A stretch of DNA of 64,000 nucleotides from Lingula anatina (GCA_051362555.1 CM120645.1:1178001-1242000); one strand, 5' to 3'; positions 51,801-63,508 are shown, numbered from the stretch's first letter. The notes: a model not told the origin generated them from the letters alone. Program-made: numbers and translations.

Positions 51801-52967
51801 CCACTAATATATGTGTATGTTGTTTGCAGTTCTTTTGAGCAATTCCTTCAGTTTTCCGTGTTATTCAGATGTTGATAGTATAGCAATATCCATCTATACA
51901 TTAAGAGGTGTTGGATATGTTAATGAAAGTATTGCAGAAGAATTAGATATATATCATATCTATTATATTATGTAAATAATTATATTTGTAGTAAACATTA
52001 TTCTCTATCAATTTATTCAGTTTTCAGGTGTTCTAGTTTTATTGAGAACATAACATATATATTTGCAGTAAACAGGCTCATGTGGTCTGGCCTTTCTGAT
52101 GTCATGTGACACAGTAACATTTAAGAGGACTTCAAGAATAATAATCAAAACTGGAGATGCACTCAATATAAGGTTATACTGATTGAAATCTGAAAGCACT
52201 AAGGTTTAGCCATGAGACCCACATTTGTTTGTGCGACTTTGGAGATGATATCATTTGCAGACAGATTTTAGATGAGTTTTTAGTACATTTTTTTTTTCAT
52301 ACAACAGTTTACAGCAGATCTGAGTGATTTTGTTTGTTCGTTTTGTTTTGTGTTTAGTGAGTGACATTGGATTATTGCTTGTTTTTAAATGAATAACAGG
52401 AATATTATTTTGATATAAACTTTTTAAATGACTATTTATATATATATTTGTATTGATTCATTTGTGTCATTGAATTTTGTAATTATCATTCCATCATCAC
52501 TTGATAACACAGGCATTAATCAATATATTTCGATCATTACTCTCTTGATTAAATTAAACATTATGTTGAAAGCCTCAGACATAAATTCTGTAAGAACTTA
52601 GATAAATATTTGAAAATTTGACATTTAACTCCTTTGAACTTTTTGATGTCATAGAAAAAACTGTTTGATGTTTGTTAATACTGACATGTGTGGGTACAGG
52701 CATGGTTGAACTCTCATTCATGCATGAAGATTAATATTTCTATATAGCTGGGCCACTGAATAAGTTTGTGTGATGATGGTATCTGGGATTTAACAAATTT
52801 GATTATGTGTTTGTGTCATTTTGAATAGGAGGAATGTGACCGTTAAGTGATGTAAAAAATACATAAACATTCATTTTCATACATTAGCCTGCTCTCAATG
52901 ACAGCATTAAAAGATAATCATCAAAATGGAAAATAGATGGAACTGTTTGCATGACAAAGGATGGCAG

Positions 52968-52970
<3 letters not shown>

Positions 52971-53018
<48 letters not shown>
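52971..53018. repeat. (CT)n microsatellite
   Basis: Read directly. Confidence 0.95.
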
Positions 53019-53022
<4 letters not shown>

Positions 53023-54666
53023 CACCCTTATTTGTGCCTGAATATTTTTTTTTAAATAAAACATTTTCAAAAACATCAATTTTTCATTATTTGTATCCAG
53101 TAAATAGTAACCCCTACCATAAATTTAAATCTTTCGAGTGCCTTTTATCAACAGTATCTGAAAACAGGAAGGGTAGTTTTCTGTTATGCATTTTCTTAAA
53201 ATGATGACATTATAAAGGTTGCAGCAAAGAAGAGACTCACAATAAACACTGCATCCTTTGTTGTTGATGGACATTTAGACAACGTTAATGTTTCTTGAAA
53301 TGTTTATCTCGTTCTTGGCAGACATTATCGGTGAATGTGAGGGCGAGGGAGAGTTGAGTCACATTGGTCCGTTATTAGCCATTAAGAGGCCTAACAGGGA
53401 CAGTGCATGTAGTTCTACCATCCTGACACACCTCTGGGATGTTGTGTTGGCGCCACAGTTGACATGAAAACATCTTTGTGTTGTCAAAAAAATAATAATA
53501 ATACCAGCAGCAGACGTATGCATTATTTAAGAGGAGTAAATATGAATGGTGAGGATGGTAAAGAAATTGGAAATATTCTGTTTGTGGAATTTAACTTTGT
53601 TTGATGTCTAAGAAGATGCATTTTAATGTAATTGAATAACATAATTTCATTATTTACTGATTTATTCAACAGAGTTTTATGGGGCTTGATTCCATTTCTG
53701 AAAGTTCCATTATTTCTCTTGTCAGTGTATACTGACACTAAGTTCGATTAGTATCATAATTTTTTCACCCCCTATCTCTAGGTTAATATTATCTAGTGCA
53801 TGATAAGTAGGTTATTATATATTTAAAGTCTGTGTGTGCTGTTGTGTGTTTAAATGCATCTGGTACATTGTCTACAGCTAAAATTGTTCTGCCAGCCAAA
53901 AAATGTCTAGACTTTCCCCATAAATAATGCACTCAGGTGTAACCTTTTTTTTTTTTTTTTTTTTTGTGGGGGGAGTACCAAAGACATTTTTATATGTCTC
54001 TATTTTTTTTTACAAATTTGAAACATTATGTGTGAACATGATAATTCAATAATTCATTTTGAAGGATTTTACACTTCCAAAAGTGATATTGCTCCTTTAT
54101 TTCTTATCATTCTGTGATGTTTAGTTTGTGTGTACTTGTGAAGGCCATCCATTTATCTGGCACACATCAACAGTTAGGTCATTGTCAGTACAGATGTGAG
54201 TGTGTATAAGACCCACTCATTCATTAGGGTTAACAAATCACTGGAAAAACACAGTTGGACAAGTCTTATTGTCGCGTTGTGTGCTCTACTGTTCTGCCAT
54301 ATCCGTGTTTAGCATGATGGGATATAATGGGTGTCGCGGGATGGAAATTCTCGTCCAGTTCTAAGTACAGTTATATTGTTGCCTATTTTAATGACCTCCA
54401 GTTGCTGTTTTTTTTTTATTCCACATACACCAAAGGGGCTTGGGAAGGGTATAGATAGTATAATTTTTAGAAAATTTTAGATAAAGAAGATCATTTTTGC
54501 TTGGAGTATCTGCCATTTTTGTTGCAGTGTTCATATCTATTTAAGGTTTTCAATTAAATAATTATGAATCTAGAAATAAGTACTAAGTACCTAACTGAAT
54601 ATCAAAATGGGATGTGTTGGCCAGTGAAATGTGAACAAGGTGTGTTCTGTACTGTCCAAACATTTA

Positions 54667-55216
54667 CCCCGTTCACACTACAGTTGCCAAAATGCGCATT
54701 TCTATAATTCGGATTTTTCGTAAGGAATCCGATTCGGTATTGCGTTCACACTCGCTAAGCGAATCCGAATCCCACGTTGAAAATTTCAGGTAAAACTTCC
54801 TGTTTTGAACACTCGCGCATGCGCCGCACAGGAAATCTTAAAATATTAACAAAAATTTGTGACGACAAATGCAACTCAAAAGACATTCCAGCATTCTTGA
54901 GAGGTATAAGGTGGCAAAATAAGTTTGTTTCCTCATGTTGTAGTGAGTGGTGACCGCCAAATACGTTTGGTGCAATCGCTAAAGTAATAAACCAGCGTTC
55001 ATAGATATCCGCAATTTATATGCACAGATGCGCAGTAAGATCTGTACAGGTGTCGATTCCGGTAAGTTATCCGGATCGCGCTTAGAAATCCACCTCGCTT
55101 GCAGGATTTTGAAAATGCGCATTTTCAAAATCCTCTTGCGTTCACACTACTGCATTTATTCGAATTGTGACCTAATTCGCAACTTATCCGGATAACTGAG
55201 CGTAGTGTGAACGGGG
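54667..55216. mobile_element. Non-autonomous DNA transposon, 550 bp, superfamily uncertain
   Basis: Perfect TIRs CCCCGTTCACACTAC / GTAGTGTGAACGGGG flanked by TA; internal GCGTTCACACT subterminal copies; CpG-rich relative to the intron. Confidence 0.82.
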
Positions 55217-55519
55217 TAATTGTTGACAAATTGTTTAACACTATCTAACATCTTCCTGTATCTGTATACAAAATATGCTTGTACTGTTTGTACAAATAAA
55301 TAATACACACTGTTATATTTCTGTATCATTTCTTTACAACTGTTTAACTTGTACTTAGAAAAGTTGTGTATCTCATACATAAATCAAACATCAAAAAGCT
55401 TCTTTTAACCTAACTGTTTAAGTTGACCAAGCGAAAAATCTATATTGCAGTGGATTATGAAAACTAGTAATTATTGATATGCACATATATTACTATGTCC
55501 CCACTGTTTTGTGTTCCAG

Positions 55520-55672
55520 TTGGCCAAGGAAAGGGAGCGTCTCCAGGCCATGATGCAGCATCTCCACATGACCCCCAAACAGCCACCCCCCCTGGCCCCC
55601 CTCCAACCCCCTCAGGTGGACAGCAAACACGAGCTGCCCGTCAGCATGGCACTTAATCTTACACCTCAGTCG
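55520..55672 (+). CDS. FoxP: FoxP exon, second half of the leucine zipper plus a CtBP-like ALNLT motif
   Basis: ttccag|TTG ... TCG|gtacgt, 153 nt. Translates LAKERERLQAMMQHLHM...SMALNLTPQS. Confidence 0.94.
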
Positions 55673-55682
55673 GTACGTACAT

Positions 55683-55686
<4 letters not shown>

Positions 55687-55763
<77 letters not shown>
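55687..55763. repeat. (GT)n microsatellite starting about 14 nt after an exon donor
   Basis: Read directly. Confidence 0.97.
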
Positions 55764-55765
<2 letters not shown>

Positions 55766-56114
55766 AATATAAGTTTTTTTTTTTTTTTTAATAATCACTG
55801 TTTATCTGTAAAGTGTAACAAATCATGTTTAATTGGCAGCTGTGTAGATCAACTAAAAAGATATAAAATAATTTTAAAGTCATTTTTTCTTTTGGTCATG
55901 ACTTTAATGGGTTTTTGATAATATAAGTTCTTAACAAATTTATAAGAAGTGAAATTTTAAATGATTTAAAACATACAAATTTTTCATCACAGCAACTATC
56001 ATTTTGTCATCTAGATTTTATGTTGATAACAGAATGTAGATACATAAAATTAATATATGGTACAGTCAAAGTATACCAGAACCACTATTTTTAACAAGTC
56101 TTTATTCATTTCAG

Positions 56115-56346
56115 ATTCCTTCTCCCCTCCAGTTAAAACAGCCAGTAGTGAGCGTCCCCAACCCCCTTCCCGTGCTGACACCCCCCACACGTAGCCCTCC
56201 CACCAACAGCACGCCCAAACAGAGCGCGCCAACGACACCGCACACACCTCAGTCCATGCTGTCAACACCGCAGAACTCGCGACCGAGCAGCGCGGGGCCC
56301 GTGCGGAGACGTGTCTCGGATAAGTGCAATCTGCCAATCTCAGCAG
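56115..56346 (+). CDS. FoxP: FoxP P/T/S-rich exon ending in GPVRRRVSDK
   Basis: tttcag|ATT ... GCA G|gtactg, 232 nt. ...SSAGPVRRRVSDKCNLPISA is the conserved pre-forkhead motif. Alternative in-frame boundaries are possible. Confidence 0.88.
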
Positions 56347-56773
56347 GTACTGACCAGTTAGACTCCGTGCATTCAGGTATCGCTACTCCTTCAGTTTCTA
56401 CCAGGTCTCTTGTGACATGCACGGGCACGATTCTTACATCACGTGTTTGTTTTTTGTTTGCATGTGTGGGCACTTTACGCTTTCAGGTGTTGCCTGAATT
56501 GTTTCGTATTAAGTTGTGTTGTGACATGCACCAGTACGATGTGTTCACTGCGTGTTAGGATTGTTTGCATGTGTGACTATTCAGTGTTTTCTGTTTAAAC
56601 TAATCTGAACGTTTGCCTGAACAATTTTTTTAAAATTTTTACATTCCATTTTATATTGGCTGCATAATTTTATGTATTTCTATATTTTAGCTTAACAATT
56701 CATTTGCTCTCAGATATGATTTTTATCATTGAAATATCACTCTATTTCATTTCTCTGAGATGTGCCTGAATTA

Positions 56774-56952
56774 GGCTTCATTCACATGCAATGTCTATTT
56801 TCTAAATACTATTTTCTATTCGCGGTATGTCTTATGATCACGGTCTGTGCCCTGAATATCCCGCGGCGTAATTACTGGCAGCGCGAGCCAGTTACTTTAA
56901 GTTACTATAAGTAAATACTATTAGAAAATAGTCATTGCATGTGAATGAAGCC
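56774..56952. mobile_element. MITE, PIF/Harbinger-like; same family as 43288-43523, opposite orientation
   Basis: 20-bp perfect TIRs GGCTTCATTCACATGCAATG; TTA TSD; interior matches the reverse complement of the right half of the 43288 element. Confidence 0.88.
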
Positions 56953-57467
56953 TTAGACTTGAATGGCCAGAAAACTGTATACTTACTTTGTGTGGAATAT
57001 CTAAGTTTCAGACATCTTTGCTGTGTTGTCATTTCTTCTTGGTGCTTTTATTCTTTACTCACTGTTTGACTGAGCATTGACATTGTATCTGGCAATCAGG
57101 ATTGCTATTACACTAATTGTTATATAATTTTCTAAAGATAACATTTTAACTATTGGAGATAAGTGGTACAGCAGATATATAGTAAATGTAATAGCGCCCT
57201 TTGGCTATTGATATAAAAAAATGTCAAAAATGAAAAATAGCGTAACAGTAAAGTTTTAAATTTGTGATGTAGGTAAATTATTGTAATAATTTTGTAAATA
57301 TTTGTAAGGATTATTTGAAATATTAAGTTACATGATAAACAAAGTAAATTGAATGAATTGATTTGCGTGGATGCAGTTGTACCAGGTGTCTATATTACTA
57401 TGGATAGAATTACATGTGCCTTCACCACTTAGTTGTAGCTGTTGTGAATTTTGACCTACAATTTCAG

Positions 57468-57544
57468 AAATACAACGAAATCGAGAGTTCTACAAGAATA
57501 CGGACGTCAGGCCGCCATTCACCTATGCCTCGTTAATCAGACAG
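57468..57544 (+). CDS. FoxP: FoxP exon, start of the forkhead domain
   Basis: tttcag|AA ... CAG|gtgaga, 77 nt. Translates [26 protein letters not shown]. Not listed in the ORF track. Confidence 0.96.
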
Positions 57545-58723
57545 GTGAGACAGGGGGTTTCATGGTTGTCACAATATTTTCACAAAGTTTAATTATTTAC
57601 AGATTGTATACATCAATCAAGGTTGCTTGATTTTATGTATCCATGCAATCTTTGATAGAATTCATATCTTGTTCACTGAAAGACTGCTTCTCTTGTACAA
57701 AGTGAGGGGTTCTGGTTTTGAAAAAGCATTTACAGGATAGAAAATTATGCTTACAAGTTTGATTTTTATTTTCCTTTCCTTTTAAATTTCTAAAACAAGG
57801 GTATTGTTGTGTGTGTCATACACGTGCATTTCCTGTTGTTGACTTCCAGATGTTTATTCAAAAACTTGATTAATGTAATTAATAAGTTGATATTTTGTTA
57901 GCTATGTGTCAGTAAATATGTACAAAATGCTTTTGTAACTGAAAAATAATGATTATAATAGTGATATTTTTAAGTTATTGGTTTAAATCTGACTGAACAC
58001 ACTCTCTGCTCATATCTTTAGTGTTATGCTAGGATTCATCTTGTCTCAATCTTTTAAATGAATTGTTATGGCACAAAAAATCACCACTCAACTATTTTTG
58101 ATTTTACTTTTTTGGTTTATTTTTGTAAAAATTTAAATTGATAAAACTTTGAATGCAAACCGTGATACTGTTCCAAATTTTATGATATATCATGAGAATT
58201 AATATATATAACAACGAAAAAAATGTCGAATGTCAATGTTTTAGAAATTTTGATTGAAACAAGGAGAATAAACTTGTATGTCAAGCATTGTCGTCTATCA
58301 AAAAGGATTACGCCCACGGCCTTGTATTGAAAATAAGTAAAAATTGAAATGCTAAGAGATTCAGAGCAGAGAGAGTTCTAGATATGGTGTTTTGGGTCCA
58401 GTTGCATGAAGAATACAATTTCTTGTCATCTCCCTGAACTTTACTTCACAGCTGCACCTTATTCTTCACAGTCACTTGTTCTCTGTTATTTTATTATTTT
58501 TAATTATTTATTCATTTTTATTTATTTTATTTTATTTTTTGGTATTATTATAGCTAAAACATCTTATTCCTTAGCATGTCTCTTTAAACTCAGCTGTTGA
58601 TATGAAATTAATCCTTGTTCTGGTTGCTAGAGATTTTCCATATTTATAACCTGATTATATTCTGTTGTCTTAGCATGAAATAACACATTTTATCTTTTAC
58701 TTTTTCATGCATATCAGTTTAAT

Positions 58724-61523
58724 TATTGTACCACCAGCGTAGGCGCTGGCGGTACCCATGGTTTTAGTCCCGACCCGTATGTTCCGCCGGCTCCGCCGGC
58801 TCCTGCGGCTCCTGCGGCTCCGCCGGCTCCGCCGCCAAGTCACCGTTACCGCTTCTCCTCCTAGACGGTAAGGGCCCCTGTACCCATCTCTTGGATTTAG
58901 GTCACCTATAATCTCAACTCGTTCCACGTAAAATTTGGGCTTTGTCGGTATTGGGGTCTAGGTGTGGCACTCATTGCAATGCACCCTTGTCTAAAAATGG
59001 CAAAATTAAATGCTAATTATCTACCCTACGGAAGGAGTTATGGGAAAAATTTCTACAGACAGCTTTCCAAAAGTCATATGTGTAGATTTCAAATATGCCC
59101 TTGGATTTGACCTTTGACCTTTATTTCAAGGTCAAACGGGCCAAAATTTTCAAAAAAATGAATTTTTTTACGAAAAAAATTTTTTTTGCCCTGTTATTCA
59201 GATACCACACAGACTTAACCAATAATATTATTGGAAAGTGTAACCCTTCGGGTCATCTTTCATCTCCGTGAATTTGGGGTCAATCGGTGCATTTTCACGG
59301 GAGTAGCGGCCATAAAGTACCGAAACTGAAAACTGTCTCTAATTCGGGAACCGTTAATGCTAGAGACCCATTCTTTTTTGCATTTTGTAGAGCATGTAAA
59401 GCCCAACACTGGAGGTGGTCTCCATTTTTTTGTATTCCATACGGTTTTCAAGTTACGCTGTATCAAAAAGTACATATTGGTGGTGAAAGCAAAATGTGCA
59501 GTACGGTAATGAATAATAAATTTTGAACTCTGGAAAAATAATACATAAGGCTTGGCAAAGCAGACAACTTGTGGTCAAAAATGACATTATTTCATCAAAT
59601 TTGAACTTCTGGAAATTCAGAGCACCTCCTATTTTAAGAATTTTGACCAAAATGATGTTTTCTTTATTTTAATTAATCTTTTCTGTAGGAAATTTATGGC
59701 ACATTATGGTAACTCCAAAATTATAACATTTAGTCCCTTATATCTCCAAAACTGGCAGAGATAGGTCCATAGTTACTATTGAAGTTGAATAGGAAGTAAC
59801 ATACTGGCAATCCAAATGTGACCTTGAAATTGACCTTTGACCTACTTTTCACCATGAACTGAACTTTGCAAATTTTGCTTCCCTTTTATCTCCAAAACTG
59901 GCAGAGATAGGTCCATAGTTACTATTGAACTTGAATGGGAAGTCTTATACTGGCAATCTAAATGTGACCTTTAAATTGACCTTTGACCTACTTTTCACCA
60001 TGAACTGAACTTTGCAAATTTTGCTTCCCTTATATCTCCAAAACTGGCAGAGATAGGTCCATAGTTTTTATTGAACTTGAATGGGAAGTAATATACTGGC
60101 AATCTATATGTGACCTTAAAATTGACCTTTGACCTATTTTTCACCATGAACTGAACTTTGCATATTTTGCTTCCCTTTTATCTCCAAAACTGGCAGAGAT
60201 AGGTCCATAGTTTCTATTGAACTTGAATAGGAAGTCATATACTGGCAGTCTTAAAATGACCGTAAAATTGACATTTGACCTACTTTTCACCATGAACTGA
60301 ACTTTGCAAATTTTGCTTCCCTTTTATCTCCAAAACTGGCAGAGATAGGTCCATAGTTACTATTGAACTTGAATAGGAAGTCATATACTGGCAATCTAAA
60401 TGTGACCTTAAAATTGACCTTTGACCTACTTTTCACCATGAACTGAACTTTACAAATTTTGCTTCCCTTTTATCTCTTAAACTGGGAGAGATAGGTCCAT
60501 AGTTACTATTGAACTTGAATAGGAAGTCATATACTGGCAATCTAAATGTGACCTTAAAATTGACCTTTGACCTACTTTTCACTATGAACTGAACTTTGCA
60601 AATTTTGCTTCCCTTTTATCTTTAAAGTTACACTGTATCAAAAAATACATATTGGTGGTGAAAGCAAAATGTGCAGTACGGTAATGGATAATAAATTTTG
60701 AACTCCGGAAAAATAATACATAAGGCTTGGCAAAGCAGACAACTTGTGGTCAAAAATGACATTATTTCATCAAATTTGAACTTCTGGAACTTCAGAGCAC
60801 CTCCTATTTTAAGAATTTTGACCAAAATGATGTTTTCTTTATTTTAATTAATCTTTTCTGTAGGAAATTTATGGCACATTATGGTAACTCCAAAATTATA
60901 ACATTTAGTCCCTTTTATCTGCAAAACTGGCAGAGATAGGTCCATAGATACTATTGAACTTGAATAGAAAGTCATATACTGGCAATCTTACTGTGACCTT
61001 GAAATTGACATTTGACCTATTTTTCACCATGAACTGAACTTTGCAAATTTTGCTTCCCTTTTATCTCTAAAACTGGCAGAGATAGGTCCATAGTTACTAT
61101 TGAACTTGAATAGGAAGTCATATACTGGCAATCTAAGTGTGACCTTGAAATTGACCTTTGATCTACTTATTATCATGAACTGAACTCTGCTAATTTCTTT
61201 CTCTTTTAACTCCAAACCTGGCAGAGATAGGTCCATAGTTACTATTGAACTTGAATAGGAAGTCATATACTGGCAATTTACTGTGACCTTGAAAATGACC
61301 TTTCACCTACCTTACGATGAACTTAAATTTGATTGTACCATTTTTAGTTTCATATATTTTTTGCATATATTGAAAATTCTTGTTGATTGCATGTTTACAG
61401 CTTGTCAAGCACAAGACTGGTGACTGTGTCCCTTATTTTGTGTATGTGGGGGTCTATACGAATGCGCTTGCTCCAGCTGGTGGTACAATATTCGGAGGCG
61501 GTATCGCCTCTCTGATCCTCTAG
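58724..61523 (+). mobile_element. Non-autonomous Helentron (HINE/DINE-1-like), 2.8 kb, with internal satellite array
   Basis: 5' subTIR TATTGTACCACCAGC (58724-58738) with adjacent partial inverted copy GCTGGCGGTAC; GC-rich CGGCTCCKC microsatellite; central tandem repeats; 3' subTIR GCTGGTGGTACAATA (61476-61490); terminal hairpin GAGGCG-gtat-CGCCTC, then CTAG and a T run. Confidence 0.85.
59738..61320. repeat. 146-bp tandem satellite, 6 + 3 copies separated by a duplicated segment of about 300 bp
   Basis: The ACTGGCAGAGATAGGTCC anchor (one copy with a mismatch) recurs at 59751, 59897, 60043, 60189, 60335, 60481, then 60926, 61072 and about 61218. Confidence 0.93.
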
Positions 61524-62242
61524 TTTTTTCTTAAGTTTTTTGTTGCTTTGTTTTAAAGATTAACATTTAACCTGATAGATAGCTTTGAATTAATTTTTTT
61601 TAATTGCTGCGGAAAACAAAATAGTGTTAATAGTCAACAAAGCTACTTTTTATCTTCTTAACTGACTTGGAATAATTAATATTAACTACTATTTTTATTA
61701 AGCTAACATACAAAATATGCATTGAAAACGTTCTGCCTGTCACAGGTTCTAAAATGAATATGTTAGTTTAGAGGAAGATGAAGTTATAAATAAAAAACAT
61801 GGTATAATATATGATGAGGGGATTGTGTAGATGCAAAATTACATTATTTACATCAGAAAAACTTTGTAAAGTTTTGCATTGATAAGCATTAATTGAAGGA
61901 CTAAACATGTTCATTTTATGGCATTCTATTTGAGTTTGAATTCAGGATATTGATTTCTATAAAGAACTACAAAATTAGCTGATTTCGCAACATTTTTCAG
62001 ACCTCCTTTTGTCTAAAAAAATTTTTTAAAAACTTAAGATATTTAGAGCTTAAAATCTGCTGTGTTTTAAGTACAGGTCATGATCAAAAACACCAAATTT
62101 TGTATCAATATAAGTGAGGGATGCATGAAGCATGGGTCAGTTTAGTGTGTTGTTTCATCTAACCATTTTCTTGTGTAATCTTCCAATCACTCTGTGTGTG
62201 TCTTTCCTGTGTGATTGCAGTGCTTTCTCTTTCAAATTGCAG

Positions 62243-62344
62243 GCAGTTATCGAATCTCCAGAAAAACAGCTAACTTTAAATGAAATCTACAACTGGTTCC
62301 AAAACACTTTTGCATTCTTCCGGAAAAATGCTGCCACCTGGAAG
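62243..62344 (+). CDS. FoxP: FoxP forkhead exon, variant A (end of helix 1, helix 2, hinge)
   Basis: ttgcag|GCA ... AAG|gtttgt, 102 nt. Translates [34 protein letters not shown]. Confidence 0.93.
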
Positions 62345-62660
62345 GTTTGTATGGTGACATAGCTAGGGAATGTGACACAACATCATGGTGGCAAGCCATG
62401 GACAGCAGCGCAATCACAAATCTCAGCTACTGCAATGCAGATTGTATCCTGTTGAGCATATTTGATCAGTTAACCCCCACCCCCCACCCTCATCTCCCAC
62501 CCCAACACATCTCCATGACCCTCATTTTTCAGAGGAGGGGCATGGTTGGAAACTTTGAATGAAATTGGGAAGAAAGGTGATTGTATGCTGTACTGAACTG
62601 CCACCTTGATGAGTTATTAACTGTATATTACATGTGGGTTTTATTATTACTTTAATTCAG

Positions 62661-62762
62661 GCCATAATAGACTCTCCTAACAAACAGTTAACCCTAAATG
62701 AAATATACCAGTGGTTCACAAACACATTTTCTTACTTTAGAAGAAATGAGGCCACATGGAAG
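62661..62762 (+). CDS. FoxP: FoxP forkhead exon, variant B (paralogous, probably mutually exclusive with A)
   Basis: attcag|GCC ... AAG|gtaaaa, 102 nt. Translates [34 protein letters not shown]. Confidence 0.92.
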
Positions 62763-62974
62763 GTAAAACAAATTCTCATTGTAGATGTGTTCTTGAGTTT
62801 ATTTGCTTATATTTGCCCATGAATTAATATATCGCATTGTAATTTTTGGAAAAATTACAAATTAGGAAAAATTGTTGTGCTAATCAGAAAGATTTCATTT
62901 TCTTAAAATTTGAGTCAAAAGAGGAATATTTATTGATATGTTATATGGTGTATGTATAGAAATAATTACACTGC

Positions 62975-63014
<40 letters not shown>

Positions 63015-63263
63015 ATCACTAGAAATTTGATAATTCTAAGTGCATATTAAAAGCGAAAAAAAATTAGTGCACATTTTAATTTTTGAAAGTAAAATTAATT
63101 GACTGACTTTATCAGGTAATCTTATGAAATTGAATATCTTGCCTTGAAAAAAAAGGAAAATACATAATTATATGTTACTGTTTGAAATATATATCACAGT
63201 ACAGTTTTAATTACTTATCTGAAACAAGTAACTTGGGGTTTAAGGGAAGACCATAAAACAGTG

Positions 63264-63508
63264 AAGGTACCTTAAAGAGAAACATATCTGCTGTTTATGA
63301 AATTATGTTTATGAGTGTGTCATATTGTGTAGGTATATCAGTCATTTCTCAGCTGTGGTTCACCACTAGTGCCCTCTAGTGGTAGGTAATAGCTGAGCTG
63401 TCTCCACTGTTACTCCCCCTTGCTGCAGTATCCTCATAGCCATGAGGAATGGAGGGTAAGGCTACATACCATAACATACACAGCAGATATTTTTCCTTAA
63501 GGTACCTT
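63264..63508. mobile_element. TTAA-type MITE (Kolobok-like)
   Basis: Inverted ends AAGGTACCTTAAAGAGAAACATATCTGCTGT / ACAGCAGATATTTTTCCTTAAGGTACCTT, with TTAA in both ends. Confidence 0.7.
63370..63382. promoter_or_regulatory. CTCF consensus-like site TGCCCTCTAGTGG
   Basis: Close match to the CTCF core motif (CCACTAGAGGGCA on the - strand), inside the MITE. Confidence 0.5.

Noticed and set aside
59453-60825. Two near-identical 65-aa ORFs as a duplicated small gene or transposase fragment
   Set aside because: They arise from the internal duplication of a non-autonomous element; no Rep, helicase or transposase motifs are recognisable.
62243-62762. Exon pair as an assembly or haplotype artefact, or as a second FoxP gene
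   Set aside because: The copies are strongly diverged at synonymous sites, their flanks are unrelated, and no other exon is doubled.
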